Below the pieces are notes generated by a model, which did no database searches, was not told where the DNA came from, and saw only the letters and a list, made by a program, of their open reading frames with translations. Positions 19,882 through 29,745 of a DNA stretch of 64,000 bases are shown one piece after another; the first letter of the stretch is position 1, and every line of letters starts with the position of its first letter. The stretch spans positions 2,318 through 66,317 of the forward strand of contig JALEMI010000072.1 in the NCBI GenBank assembly GCA_022768325.1. Reading direction: 5' to 3'. The position numbers and the translations under genes were made by a program. The DNA is from Bacteroidales bacterium (lineage in GTDB: Bacteria > Bacteroidota > Bacteroidia > Bacteroidales > Marinilabiliaceae).

Positions 19882-21189
19882 CTATTTCTTACGCATCACG
19901 ACCGTCAAGGGTACGCCGCAGAAGTCCCACTCTTTGCGTATCTTGTTCTCCAAGAACCTCTTATACGGGTCGCGGACATATTGGGGGAGGTTGCAGAAGA
20001 AGGCGAAAGTAGGTGTCGGGGTGGGTATCTGGGTCACGTACTTAATCTTGACCACCTTGCCCTTCGTCTCGGGCGGAGGGTATGCGCCAATGGCGGGGAG
20101 CAGAAGCTCGTTCAGCTGCGACGTGCCCACTTTGCGCTTCATGTTGTCGTATACGCGGCAGGCCTCCTCGACGACTTTGTGGATGCGCTGCTTGTTGGGA
20201 ACGGAGGTGAAGATGATAGGGATGTCGGTGTATGGGGCGAACTCGGCGCGGATGGTGTCCTCCCATTTCTTCATCGTGTTGTTGCTCTTCTCTATGAGGT
20301 CCCACTTGTTGACTACAACCACGACGCCTTTCTTGTTGCGCTCAATGAGGCTGAAGATCTTCTTGTCTTGCGCTTCGAGGCCTCGCGCGGCGTCGAGCAT
20401 CAGGATGCAGACGTCGGAGTTCTCTATCGCGCGTACGCTGCGCATTGTGGAGTAGAACTCCACGTCGTCCTTCTCCTTGTTGCGCTTGCGGAGGCCGGCC
20501 GTGTCTACAAGGTAGAAGTCGTGCCCAAACTTGTTGTAACGGGTGAAAATGCTGTCGCGGGTCGTTCCGGCAATGTCGGTTACGATGTTGCGCTCTTCGC
20601 CAATGAAGGCGTTGATGATGGAGCTCTTGCCGGCGTTGGGGCGTCCGACGACGCAGAATTTTGGCAACGTGTCGTCAATGTCGCTCGACACGTCGTCGGG
20701 CAGCATTTCGAGAATCTTGTCGAGCAGGTCGCCCGTGCCGCTGCCGTTTGCGGAGCTGATGGCGAAGATGTCGCCCAGCCCGAAGCTGTAAAACTCATGC
20801 ATCCCGACCATCTTGTCGCCCGTGTCGGCCTTGTTGGCCACGACTATTACGGGCTTGCGCGAGCGGCGGAGCATATCGGCCACGAGGTCGTCATAGTCCG
20901 TGATGCCCGTCAAGACGTCGACAACGAAGAGGATAAGGGCCGCCTCGTCAATTGCGAGCTTCACCTGCTTGCGAATCTCGCCCTCAAAGATGTCGTCAGA
21001 ATTGCTGGAGTAGCCGCCCGTGTCGATGATTGAGAACTCTTTGCCGTTCCATTGGACCTTGCCGTACTGGCGGTCGCGGGTTACGCCCGCAACTTCGTCG
21101 ACAATGGCCTGGCGTGTGCCGACAAGGCGGTTGAATAGTGTGGACTTGCCGACGTTGGGGCGTCCAACGATTGCCACGATGTTTGCCAT
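19882..21189 (-). CDS. der: Ribosome-associated GTPase Der (EngA)
   Basis: The start is at [22 protein letters not shown]. There are two tandem GTPase domains (GRPNVGKST and GRPNAGKSS) and a KH-like C-terminus. Confidence 0.95.
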   Translation of the reverse strand: MANIVAIVGRPNVGKSTLFNRLVGTRQAIVDEVAGVTRDRQYGKVQWNGKEFSIIDTGGYSSNSDDIFEGEIRKQVKLAIDEAALILFVVDVLTGITDYDDLVADMLRRSRKPVIVVANKADTGDKMVGMHEFYSFGLGDIFAISSANGSGTGDLLDKILEMLPDDVSSDIDDTLPKFCVVGRPNAGKSSIINAFIGEERNIVTDIAGTTRDSIFTRYNKFGHDFYLVDTAGLRKRNKEKDDVEFYSTMRSVRAIENSDVCILMLDAARGLEAQDKKIFSLIERNKKGVVVVVNKWDLIEKSNNTMKKWEDTIRAEFAPYTDIPIIFTSVPNKQRIHKVVEEACRVYDNMKRKVGTSQLNELLLPAIGAYPPPETKGKVVKIKYVTQIPTPTPTFAFFCNLPQYVRDPYKRFLENKIRKEWDFCGVPLTVVMRKK

Positions 21190-21348
21190 TTTTTCTTTCT
21201 TTTTTGTTTCTTGGCTCCCGATGCCGGGTGGCTTCACAGCCGCCTGTCGCATCGACGGTTTCCCGAGAGACGGCCTTATGCCGCTTTGCGCGAGGTCTGC
21301 CCCCCGAGCCGAATTTGTTATGTCATTAATTTACGCGAAGTTAACTCT

Positions 21349-22095
21349 TTATTTCCTTACAACAAGGATGCTCGCCTCATAAAGCAGCCACACGGGGAGG
21401 CTTACGAGTGCCAATGTCAAGACGTCCGTCGTAGGGGTGACAATGGCCGAGAGCGTCACGATGGCCAGCAGGGCGTGACGACGGTATCGCCTCATGACCC
21501 CGCGCGTCAATAGCCCCAATGCGCTCAAGACACGCGCCACGACGGGCAGCTCGAACAATACGCCCATCAGGAGGCACAACAGCAACAGGTTGTCAATGTA
21601 AGACTGGAGGTTTATCATGTTCTGGACGTCGGGCGAGACCTGGTACGTCATCAGGAATTGGTACGCCAAAGGGAAGATAAGCACGTAGGCCACGGCTGCG
21701 CCGACAGCGAACAAGAGGCCGCCCCACACGAAGACCGCCGTCATGGCCCGCCTCTCTTGCGCATAGAGGGCGGGAGACAAGTATCGGGCCACCATGAAGA
21801 TGACGACAGGCGCCGAGAGGCACACACCCGCGCCCAGTGCCACCTTGAAGTGCATCATGAGCTGGCCCGAGAGGCTCGTGTTGATGAGGCCGCCCTCAAT
21901 GCTTGGCGGAATCAGCCCCCCAAGGATCCGATAGAGGACGAAGTCGGGATGCGACGGCGCCATGACGATGCCAAACAGCTCGTCTTTAAAGCAAAAGCAT
22001 ATAACGGACAGGGCGAAGACGACAGCCACGATGCGTATCAGGAGTCCGCGCAGGTCGTCAAGGTGTTCCCAAAACGTTTTTTCTGGCTCTGCCAC
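21349..22095 (-). CDS. tatC: Twin-arginine translocase subunit TatC
   Basis: It is a six-TM protein with the N-terminal FWEHLDDLRGLLIRIV motif. Confidence 0.9.
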   Translation of the reverse strand: MAEPEKTFWEHLDDLRGLLIRIVAVVFALSVICFCFKDELFGIVMAPSHPDFVLYRILGGLIPPSIEGGLINTSLSGQLMMHFKVALGAGVCLSAPVVIFMVARYLSPALYAQERRAMTAVFVWGGLLFAVGAAVAYVLIFPLAYQFLMTYQVSPDVQNMINLQSYIDNLLLLCLLMGVLFELPVVARVLSALGLLTRGVMRRYRRHALLAIVTLSAIVTPTTDVLTLALVSLPVWLLYEASILVVRK

Positions 22096-22326
22096 TTACT
22101 GCTTGGTGTCGTCGTTTTTCTCGCTGGGCTTTTTCTCCTCCGGCTTGTTTTTGTCGTCAGCCTCGTCGCCCGTGGTTGCTCCGTTCATTCCGTCGCGGAA
22201 GCTCTTGACGCCTTTGCCCATGCCTTTCATCAGCTCTGGGATTTTCTTTCCTCCAAAAAGTAGCAGTACGAGGATGGTGATGACGAGGACCTCTTGGCCG
22301 CCAAGACCTAATAGGAGCAGTTTCAT
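22096..22326 (-). CDS. tatA: Twin-arginine translocase subunit TatA/E
   Basis: It has a single TM helix followed by FGGKKIPELMKGMGKGVKSFR. Its stop directly abuts the tatC start. Confidence 0.9.
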   Translation of the reverse strand: MKLLLLGLGGQEVLVITILVLLLFGGKKIPELMKGMGKGVKSFRDGMNGATTGDEADDKNKPEEKKPSEKNDDTKQ

Positions 22327-22543
22327 CTTTTTCGCAACACATTAATTTGTATTGCGCAAAATTAGCTTTTTGGCAGAATAGCTATGCATAAGGGGCGGTC
22401 AACGTCACGTTTTTTTCAACGAATGGCGTTTCGGGGCATACGTGTCCGTTCACCTCCCATGCCGCCCCGATTGTTGAAAATTTTTCGCCGCCGTGCGCCG
22501 CCTTGGCATATTCGCGTCAAGAAATCAAAACAACGAGTAGAAT

Positions 22544-23983
22544 ATGGAAATCAAGAAATACTTGCTGGCCTCAGCTGCCAGTCTCGCTTGTGCCGCTTTC
22601 GGCGCATACCTCTATTCCCGTCACGTCGCCGCTCAGTCGGTCGCCACGCCTGTCGCCATTCCGACCCAGACGGTCATTAACGCCCCCTCAGCGCCAACCG
22701 ATTTCACGGCCGCCGCCGAGCTTACCGTCAACGGCGTTGTCCACATCAAGGTGTCGCAACAAACCTATGGACAGCAATATGGCGGAAGCTCAGACCTCTT
22801 CGACTTCTTCTTCGGCCCGGGCTTCGGGCGGCAACAGCAGCGTCCGCAGCAGACGCAAGGCTCGGGTTCGGGTGTCATAATAAGTGCCGACGGATACATC
22901 GTCACCAATAACCACGTAATCAATGGTGCCGACAAGATTGAGGTCGTCCTGAACGACAAACGCTCTTTCGCGGCCACCCTTGTAGGCTCCGACCCCACCA
23001 CCGACATCGCTCTCGTAAAGATTGAGGCCGACGGGCTTCAGCCCCTCACGTTCGGCAACTCGGACAATGTCCGCATCGGCGAGTGGGTCCTCGCTGTCGG
23101 CAACCCGTTCAACTTGACGAGCACCGTCACGGCGGGCATCGTCTCGGCCAAAGGTCGCCACGTGGGCATCAACACGTCAAACATGGCCATCGAGTCTTTC
23201 ATTCAGACCGATGCCGCCGTCAACCCGGGCAATAGCGGTGGCGCCCTTGTCAATACGCGTGGCGAGGTCATAGGCATCAATACGGCCATAGCCTCGCCCA
23301 CGGGCTCTTTCTCGGGCTACTCCTTCGCCGTGCCCGCCAATATTGCCCAAAAAGTGGCGCAAGACCTCATGACCTACGGCGAGGTTCAGAGGGCACTGCT
23401 CGGCGTGACAATCCGCGAAGTCGACGCCCAAGTGGCCGAGGAGCTTGACCTGAAACGCCCCGAAGGCGTCCTCGTGGCCAGTGTGGCCGACGGTGGTGCC
23501 GCCAAAGAGGCGGGCGTGAAGGAGAATGACGTAATCGTAAAGATTGACGACGAGGCGGTCAACTCCGTGCCAGACCTCCAGTCTCGCGTGGCGCAACATC
23601 GTCCAGGCGACTCTATGAAGCTGACCGTGGTCCGCGACGGCAAGGAGCAAAACATCGTGGCGACTCTCAGGAATATGCGCGGCACGACAGGCATCGTCAA
23701 AGGTGCCGACTCCGAGATGCTCGGGGCTAAGCTCACCCCCATCACTGCCGCCGATGGCAGCAAGCTCGGTCTCCGCTTTGGCCTCCGCATTGAGGACCTT
23801 GGCGACGGCAAGCTCAAAGAGGCGGGCGTCCGCAAGGGCTTCATCATCACCAAGGCCAACCGCGTCCCGCTAACGTCGGTCAAGGACTTCCAACAGGTCG
23901 TGGCATCGGCTTCCGACGGTCTCTTCCTTGCCGGTGTCTATCCCAATGGCCAAGTCCGCTACTTCGCCATCGATCTCCAATAA
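22544..23983 (+). CDS. htrA: Periplasmic serine protease, Do/HtrA family, with PDZ domains
   Basis: It has a signal/TM segment and the catalytic motifs TNNHV..., DIALVKI and GNSGGAL. Two PDZ-like C-terminal segments follow. Confidence 0.9.
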   Translation: MEIKKYLLASAASLACAAFGAYLYSRHVAAQSVATPVAIPTQTVINAPSAPTDFTAAAELTVNGVVHIKVSQQTYGQQYGGSSDLFDFFFGPGFGRQQQRPQQTQGSGSGVIISADGYIVTNNHVINGADKIEVVLNDKRSFAATLVGSDPTTDIALVKIEADGLQPLTFGNSDNVRIGEWVLAVGNPFNLTSTVTAGIVSAKGRHVGINTSNMAIESFIQTDAAVNPGNSGGALVNTRGEVIGINTAIASPTGSFSGYSFAVPANIAQKVAQDLMTYGEVQRALLGVTIREVDAQVAEELDLKRPEGVLVASVADGGAAKEAGVKENDVIVKIDDEAVNSVPDLQSRVAQHRPGDSMKLTVVRDGKEQNIVATLRNMRGTTGIVKGADSEMLGAKLTPITAADGSKLGLRFGLRIEDLGDGKLKEAGVRKGFIITKANRVPLTSVKDFQQVVASASDGLFLAGVYPNGQVRYFAIDLQ

Positions 23984-24197
23984 TGCGCAAACAACCATAG
24001 GCAACAACAGCCCCCGCTCCTCCGCCCCCGTTTGGTTTTTGGGGTATGAGGGGCGGGGGATTCTATTAATTTATCTTAAAATCAAACCTTTGTGCGTCCC
24101 AAACGTATGTATGGACAGCAGGCTTGCAAGCCAATTTTAATTAACTTCGCGTTTGCAATTCAATTGCGGGATTGAAATTAAGTGTAACGGGAAAATA

Positions 24198-25061
24198 ATG
24201 AGGCAACTTAAAATTTCAAAGTCCATCACGAACCGTGAAAGCGCTTCGCTGGACAAGTACCTTCAAGAAATCGGTCGTGAAGAGCTCGTAAGCGTCGACG
24301 AAGAGGTAGAGCTCGCGCAACGCATTAAGCAGGGCGACCAGGCAGCTCTCGAGAAGCTGACCAAAGCAAATCTCCGTTTCGTAGTCTCCGTAGCAAAACA
24401 ATATCAGAACCAGGGACTTAGCCTCCCGGACCTCATCAATGAGGGCAACCTCGGTCTCATCAAGGCGGCCGAGAAGTTCGACGAGACCCGTGGTTTCAAG
24501 TTTATCAGCTACGCTGTGTGGTGGATTCGCCAGTCCATCCTTCAAGCTCTCGCCGAGCAAAGCCGTATCGTGCGACTCCCCCTCAACCAGGTTGGCTCGC
24601 TCAATAAGATCAACAAGGCGTACTCCAAATTCGAGCAAGAGAACGAGCGCAAGCCCTCTGCCGAGGAGCTGGCCGAGAGGCTCGACCTCCCTGCCGATAA
24701 GGTTCAGGACACGCTCCGCGTCTCTGGCCGCCACGTGTCTGTCGATGCGCCCTTCACCGATGGCGAGGAGAACAGCCTCCTCGACGTCCTCGTGAACCAG
24801 GACTCGCCAAACGCCGACCGTGGCCTCATCAGCGAGAGCCTCTCCCGCGAGATTGACCGCGCTCTGAGCACCCTCCCCGAGCGCGAGAGCGACATCGTCA
24901 AGTCCTTCTTCGGAATCGGTTGCCAAGAGATGACGCTTGAGGAGATTGGCGAGAAGTTTGGTCTCACCCGCGAACGCGTCCGTCAGATTAAGGAGAAGGC
25001 CATCCGCCGCCTCCGCCAAGGCACGCGTTGCAAGCTCCTGAAGAGCTACCTCGGCCAATAA
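24198..25061 (+). CDS. rpoD: Primary RNA polymerase sigma factor (short Bacteroidetes sigma-A form)
   Basis: The start is at [14 protein letters not shown]. Regions 2-4 are present ([49 protein letters not shown]), and region 1.1 is absent. Confidence 0.9.
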   Translation: MRQLKISKSITNRESASLDKYLQEIGREELVSVDEEVELAQRIKQGDQAALEKLTKANLRFVVSVAKQYQNQGLSLPDLINEGNLGLIKAAEKFDETRGFKFISYAVWWIRQSILQALAEQSRIVRLPLNQVGSLNKINKAYSKFEQENERKPSAEELAERLDLPADKVQDTLRVSGRHVSVDAPFTDGEENSLLDVLVNQDSPNADRGLISESLSREIDRALSTLPERESDIVKSFFGIGCQEMTLEEIGEKFGLTRERVRQIKEKAIRRLRQGTRCKLLKSYLGQ

Positions 25062-25078
25062 GGTCACCAAGATATTTT

Positions 25079-25120
25079 AAACGGAAAAAGGACGGCAGAA
25101 ATGTCGTCCTTTTTCCGTTT
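25079..25120. terminator. Bidirectional terminator hairpin between rpoD and the AAA+ ATPase gene
   Basis: A 16-bp inverted repeat, AAACGGAAAAAGGACG / CGTCCTTTTTCCGTTT, lies between the convergent genes. Confidence 0.75.
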
Positions 25121-25140
25121 AACGTGTGTGGCAAGCCCGA

Positions 25141-26466
25141 TTACAAAAACATAACGTCGTAGACGGGCAGGTACGTCACGCCCCCCTCTTGGTAAATCTG
25201 GCGTTCGTTGGAGAGTACCACGGCGCGGCGTATGTTATACTCGTCGATGTTGAGGAAACGGTCCAATGCGCTGTGCACCCTGTAATCCTTGCCAGACTTC
25301 ACCTCCACGGGTACGACGGACAGGTTCTCCTGGTCGTCAATTAGGTAGTCTACCTCGCCCAACTTCGTGTTGTCGTGGTAGAAGAGTTCATGGCCATGCG
25401 CCCTAAGCTCTTGTGCCACAACGGTCTCGTATACCGCCCCAAGGTTGACGCTTGCCGTGTCGCGCAAGATGGGCAAGATGTTGGAGCCGTACAAGGCGTT
25501 GGTGAGTATCCCGACGTCGTTGAGGTAGAGCTTCAGGAGGTTCTTGCCGCAATTTTGCACCAGAGGGTAGCTGGGCTTGCTTATCGCCTTGACCTCAAGA
25601 ACCACACCCGCCGAGATTAGGTATTCAAATTCATCGAGATAGTCCGTCATGCGCTTGCCTTGCTTGCCCTCGATCTCCTTTGCCACGACGCGCTTCTTCC
25701 TGCTCTCCATGTTTGACGGGATCATGTTGAAGATGCGCATGGTCTGCAACTTGCGCGACGAGTCGTGCTCGTACTTTGATGCGTCGTCGCCGTAGAGGTC
25801 GTGGATGTCGGTCTGTACGTGTCGGGTCTCGGCTATGTTGTGCGTCGTGAGGAACGTGTTGACGGCGTCGGGCATCCCTCCCGTGAGCAGATAGTTGCGG
25901 AAGAGCGACATGACCTTGTTGTGGATGGTCTCTGGCATGGAGGTCTGGTTGACAAAGCCCTCTCGCAAGGCGTCGACAAACGATTCGCCCACGCCGTTTG
26001 CCCATAGGAATTCCTCAAAATCCATTGGGTACATACGCTTGCGGTTGATGCTGCCAATGGGGATGGACTGCGTCTTCTTTAGCGTGACTCCCAGGAGCGA
26101 GCCGCTGGCTATGTACGTGAAGCGATGGTCCGCCATGAGGAACTTCACGAGCGTGAGCAGATGGTCGTAGGCCTGTATTTCGTCTATGAAGACGAGGGTG
26201 TTCTCCCGCTGCTTCATCCTGTTGCCGCCCACAATGCTCAGTGCGAGGTAGAAGTCGTTTACGGTCTTGGCTTCGGCAAAGACGCGGTCGCCCAGCTTGT
26301 CGGCCTCCATGTTTATCTCTATGTAGTTGGAGAACATTTGTCGGCCTACTTTTCTGATGACGTACGACTTGCCTATTTGTCGCGCTCCGTCGATGAGCAT
26401 CATTTTGTTGGAATTGCTTGACAAATAGGCTCTTATGTCGTCCTCTATCTTTCTTCTGAATGCCAT
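25141..26466 (-). CDS. AAA+ ATPase (COG1373-type, AAA_14 + DUF4143 architecture) with C-terminal PD-(D/E)xK-like motif
   Basis: Walker A is GARQIGKSY and Walker B is LVFIDEIQ. The C-terminal segment LGEVDYLIDDQENLSVVPVEVKSGKD fits a D...ExK nuclease-fold signature. Confidence 0.8.
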   Translation of the reverse strand: MAFRRKIEDDIRAYLSSNSNKMMLIDGARQIGKSYVIRKVGRQMFSNYIEINMEADKLGDRVFAEAKTVNDFYLALSIVGGNRMKQRENTLVFIDEIQAYDHLLTLVKFLMADHRFTYIASGSLLGVTLKKTQSIPIGSINRKRMYPMDFEEFLWANGVGESFVDALREGFVNQTSMPETIHNKVMSLFRNYLLTGGMPDAVNTFLTTHNIAETRHVQTDIHDLYGDDASKYEHDSSRKLQTMRIFNMIPSNMESRKKRVVAKEIEGKQGKRMTDYLDEFEYLISAGVVLEVKAISKPSYPLVQNCGKNLLKLYLNDVGILTNALYGSNILPILRDTASVNLGAVYETVVAQELRAHGHELFYHDNTKLGEVDYLIDDQENLSVVPVEVKSGKDYRVHSALDRFLNIDEYNIRRAVVLSNERQIYQEGGVTYLPVYDVMFL

Positions 26467-26470
26467 GGCT

Positions 26471-26811
26471 TACACTTTTCCGTTGTTTTGGATGCCTCAA
26501 AATTACACTTTTCCTACGTTTTTAAGTGTCTAAAACTACACTTTTCCGTCATTTTGTGGGTCTGAAACTACACTTTTCCTACGTTTTGAGGTGTCTAAAA
26601 CTACACTTTTCCGTCATTTTGTAGGGTCTGAAATTACACTTTTCCTACGTTTTGGGATGTCCAAAACTACACTTTTCCTATGTTTTTAGGTGTCCAAAAC
26701 TACATTTTTCCTATGTATAAGACCTCTGAAAACTACACTTTTCCTGCGTTTTGGGGTGTCCAAAACTACACTTTTCCTACGTTTTAGCCCCCCGAAAACT
26801 ACACTTTTCCT
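26471..26811. repeat. Tandem array of 11 x 33-bp direct repeats (consensus TACACTTTTCCTACGTTTTGRGGTGTCYAAAAC)
   Basis: The core TACACTTTTCC recurs at 26471, 26504, 26537, 26569, 26602, 26635, 26668, 26701 (TACATTTTTCC), 26734, 26767 and 26800. The units are contiguous, with no unique spacers. Confidence 0.95.
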
Positions 26812-26899
26812 TCGCGATGCTCGGTCTCTCTCGCGTCCCATGCTACATATAACGCGGCAAATGAATATATTTGCGACATCATCAAAAAAACTCAGAATC

Positions 26900-27361
26900 A
26901 TGAACGTTGGCGACAAAATTCCCGAGATTCTCGGCATAGACCAGCACGGCAACACGATAAAAAGCAGTGACTTCAAGGGGCGGAAAATCGTATTGTATTC
27001 ATACCCCAAGGCCAATACCGCCGGCTGCACGGCCGAGGCTTGCTCACTCCAGGCCCACAAAGCCGAGCTTGAGGCGCAAGGCTACGCCATCATTGGCGTA
27101 AGCAAGGACAAACAGGAAACGCAGCTGAAATTTGCCACAGCCCAAGGCCTTGAGTTCCCGCTGATTGCCGACACGTCGACCGAACTTCTCCAAACACTCG
27201 GGTGCTGGGGCGAGAAAGTGGCGTGTGGACGCAAGACAATAGGTACTATCCGCACCACATACCTCGTCAACGAGGAGGGCGTCATCGAGCGCATCATGGG
27301 GCCAAAGGAGATAAAGACCAAAATCCACGCTGAGCAAATTCTCGACGCGATAAAAAAGTAG
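26900..27361 (+). CDS. bcp: Thiol peroxidase / peroxiredoxin Bcp
   Basis: I start it at the ATG at 26900 (MNVGDKIPEILG...). The active site is YPKANTAGCTAEAC. The longer track ORF from 26690 only translates the repeat array. Confidence 0.9.
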   Translation: MNVGDKIPEILGIDQHGNTIKSSDFKGRKIVLYSYPKANTAGCTAEACSLQAHKAELEAQGYAIIGVSKDKQETQLKFATAQGLEFPLIADTSTELLQTLGCWGEKVACGRKTIGTIRTTYLVNEEGVIERIMGPKEIKTKIHAEQILDAIKK

Positions 27362-27382
27362 GTCGGTTTCTATCCAGTATTC

Positions 27383-27416
27383 AAACGCCGTTCAAATACC
27401 TTTTGAACGGCGTTTT
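27383..27416 (+). terminator. Rho-independent terminator after bcp
   Basis: The stem AAACGCCGTTCAAA / TTTGAACGGCGTTT has a TACC loop and a trailing T-run. Confidence 0.8.
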
Positions 27417-27538
27417 GCCGTACAGTGACGCAACGTGAGGCGTAATAGGCTGTTCGTAGAGTTCGCCCTTTTCCTTTGGAATATTGATGTTTTTAGTTAT
27501 GTTTGCTGTGTGTTTCATTTTTTAACCGTGCCAAACTG

Positions 27539-29134
27539 ATGAAGACATCCTGCATCCTTGCTCTCATCGCGTCAATATGCGTCGCCGAAGCGTCGGCTGT
27601 AAACCCTTATCTCCCCCTGTGGGAATTCACGCCCGACGGCGAGCCGTACGTGTTTGAAGACCCCGACAATCCGGGGCGTTATCGCGTCTATGTCTATGGC
27701 TCTCACGACATTGAGCGGACGATGTATTGTGGGCGGGACCTTGTCGTATGGTCGGCTTCGGTCGATTCGCTCGACACGTGGCGATACGATGGCGTGATAT
27801 TCACCTCTTGCGCCGACAGGGACGGGAAACCACTGTCGGCCGATGGCCTCTGCGACGTCCTCTATGCGCCCGACGTCGCCGCCCGACGTGAGGCTGACGG
27901 CCGAATGGCATACTATCTCTATCCCAACAACCAGGCATGGGGACGCAACGGCATGGTTGCCAAGAGTTACAGACCCGACGGCCCGTTTGAGGTCTGCAAC
28001 TGGAGCGAAGCCAACCCGACGGAGACGGATGGCGTCTTGCGTTTCGACCCCGCCGTCTTTGTGGACGATGACGGGCGCGTGTACGGCTATTGGGGCTTCA
28101 AACACTCATGCGCCGCGGAGCTTGACCCGGCTACAATGGCGACAGTCCGCCCTGGCACGGACATCGTGGACGGGCTAATCCCGAGTTGCGACGATGATAC
28201 GCTTTTCCGATTCTTCGAGGCGTCGTCAATGCGCAAGGTGAAAGACAAATACATATTGATATACAGCCGCGTGACGAACAATGGCGAGTGGGGGCTCCCG
28301 GCCACTAACTATACCCTCGCCTATGCCTATTCCAATTCGCCCCTCGGCCCGTTCACGTACGGCGGCACCATAATTGACGGTCGCGGCAAGGAGAGGCGGC
28401 CCGACGGCACATACGTCCCCACGGCAACATTCTACGGCAATACTCACGGAAGCATTGCCCAGATACGTGACCAATGGTACGTATTCTACCACCGCCAAGC
28501 CGATACGACGGAGTTCTCGCGTCAGGCGATGGTTGCCCCCATAACGGTCGACGTGACCGAGGGCGCGGATGGCAAGGTCGTAATCTCCGAAGCCGAATAC
28601 ACATCCGAGGGCTTCGAAATTAATGGCCTCAACCCGCTCCGCACGTACGCCGCCGGCATCGCCTGTTACTATACCCACCCCGAGCCCATGTGGCAAGAGT
28701 ACCCCAGCATGATATACCCCGGCTCGCACTCCCAGGCCGTGAGGTCGGTCTACAATGGCCATGGAGACCCATACTCGCCCGACATCAACCGCTGCCCGAT
28801 GGTCAACAACACCGACGGCTCAGTGGTCGGCTACAAATACTTCAACTTTTCTGGCACGCGTGGCGTTAAGGGTCTCAAGATGAATTTGAGCTACGTCCCG
28901 TGCGGGATAGGTGGCTCGGTCGATATATGGCTTGACGCCCCCGAAGGACAAAAAGGGCGGCGCATAGCGAGCTTCGCCGTCAAGGCCTCAGACCCACAGA
29001 CCGAAAAGACAATCAGCCTGCCAGTAGGCCAATTGGCGGGACTTGATGGCAAACACGCCATCTTCCTCGCCTTCCATGCGGACAAGCCCCGCGCCTCGCT
29101 CTGCACCCTCCTCACCGTTGGTTTTGGTGAGTAG
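27539..29134 (+). CDS. GH43-family glycoside hydrolase with C-terminal beta-sandwich (CBM-like) domain
   Basis: The start is at MKTSCILALIASICVAEASA (signal peptide). GH43-like blades are visible (YAPDV, WGFKHSCAAELD, FFEASSMRKV, GNTHGSI). Confidence 0.75.
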   Translation: MKTSCILALIASICVAEASAVNPYLPLWEFTPDGEPYVFEDPDNPGRYRVYVYGSHDIERTMYCGRDLVVWSASVDSLDTWRYDGVIFTSCADRDGKPLSADGLCDVLYAPDVAARREADGRMAYYLYPNNQAWGRNGMVAKSYRPDGPFEVCNWSEANPTETDGVLRFDPAVFVDDDGRVYGYWGFKHSCAAELDPATMATVRPGTDIVDGLIPSCDDDTLFRFFEASSMRKVKDKYILIYSRVTNNGEWGLPATNYTLAYAYSNSPLGPFTYGGTIIDGRGKERRPDGTYVPTATFYGNTHGSIAQIRDQWYVFYHRQADTTEFSRQAMVAPITVDVTEGADGKVVISEAEYTSEGFEINGLNPLRTYAAGIACYYTHPEPMWQEYPSMIYPGSHSQAVRSVYNGHGDPYSPDINRCPMVNNTDGSVVGYKYFNFSGTRGVKGLKMNLSYVPCGIGGSVDIWLDAPEGQKGRRIASFAVKASDPQTEKTISLPVGQLAGLDGKHAIFLAFHADKPRASLCTLLTVGFGE

Positions 29135-29233
29135 GCCGGAAGCCTTCAGCGGCCTCGTTTCCGCTGAGGATGTTTGAGGTCTAAAACTTGGCGACCGGGC
29201 AAAGATACAGTTTCGTGAGTTGTTTTTGAGAGG

Positions 29234-29276
29234 AACAGCCAGCTGCGCTTTTGGGTGCGGTTGGCTGTTTCTTTTT
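29234..29276 (+). terminator. Rho-independent terminator after GH43 gene
   Basis: The stem AACAGCCA (29234-29241) / TGGCTGTT (29262-29269) is followed by TCTTTTT. Confidence 0.6.
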
Positions 29277-29745
29277 GGGGGGCGACGGGGGGGATTGTGG
29301 TGGATGGGGCGAAAGTTGGGTTAAGAAATCCAATCTCTCCCACCCCATAACTATCAACTTATCATCTCCTTCCCTTTGACCGTCAAGACGTACTTTGGCG
29401 TTTCGCATCCTCGGTTTTGTCATAGTGCAACGCATCAGACACGTAGCCAACCTATCAGCATCAGACTTGGTAATGACTTGGCAATCCGTTCCGCAACTAC
29501 CTCAATATCAGCCTCATTAACCTGTAAATCGACTAGGAAATTATCAACATCATCCTCCCTCATCCCCCATCAAGCTGTTTTACTAATGGCGTGTCCGCAG
29601 CGACTATCTCCGTCCATAATGCCGGCTCGTTTTGACGCATTGGGATACATCCCCCCACATTTATCCTTTTTTAAGCCCCTCCCTTCCCAGCGCCTTGGTA
29701 AATTTGCCACATTAAACATCATCATCCAACCAAGACGCAAAAACA

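Noticed and set aside
26471-26811. Possible CRISPR array, because of regularly spaced ~33-bp repeats
   Set aside because: The units are directly contiguous with no unique spacers, so the whole period is the repeat. There are no cas genes in the window. I call it a tandem repeat instead.
26690-26899. N-terminal extension of the bcp ORF encoding a repetitive peptide (SKTTLFLRF...), and the antisense ORF 26686..27060
   Set aside because: Both are translations of the 33-bp (11-codon) tandem repeat. The conserved Bcp sequence starts at the ATG at 26900.
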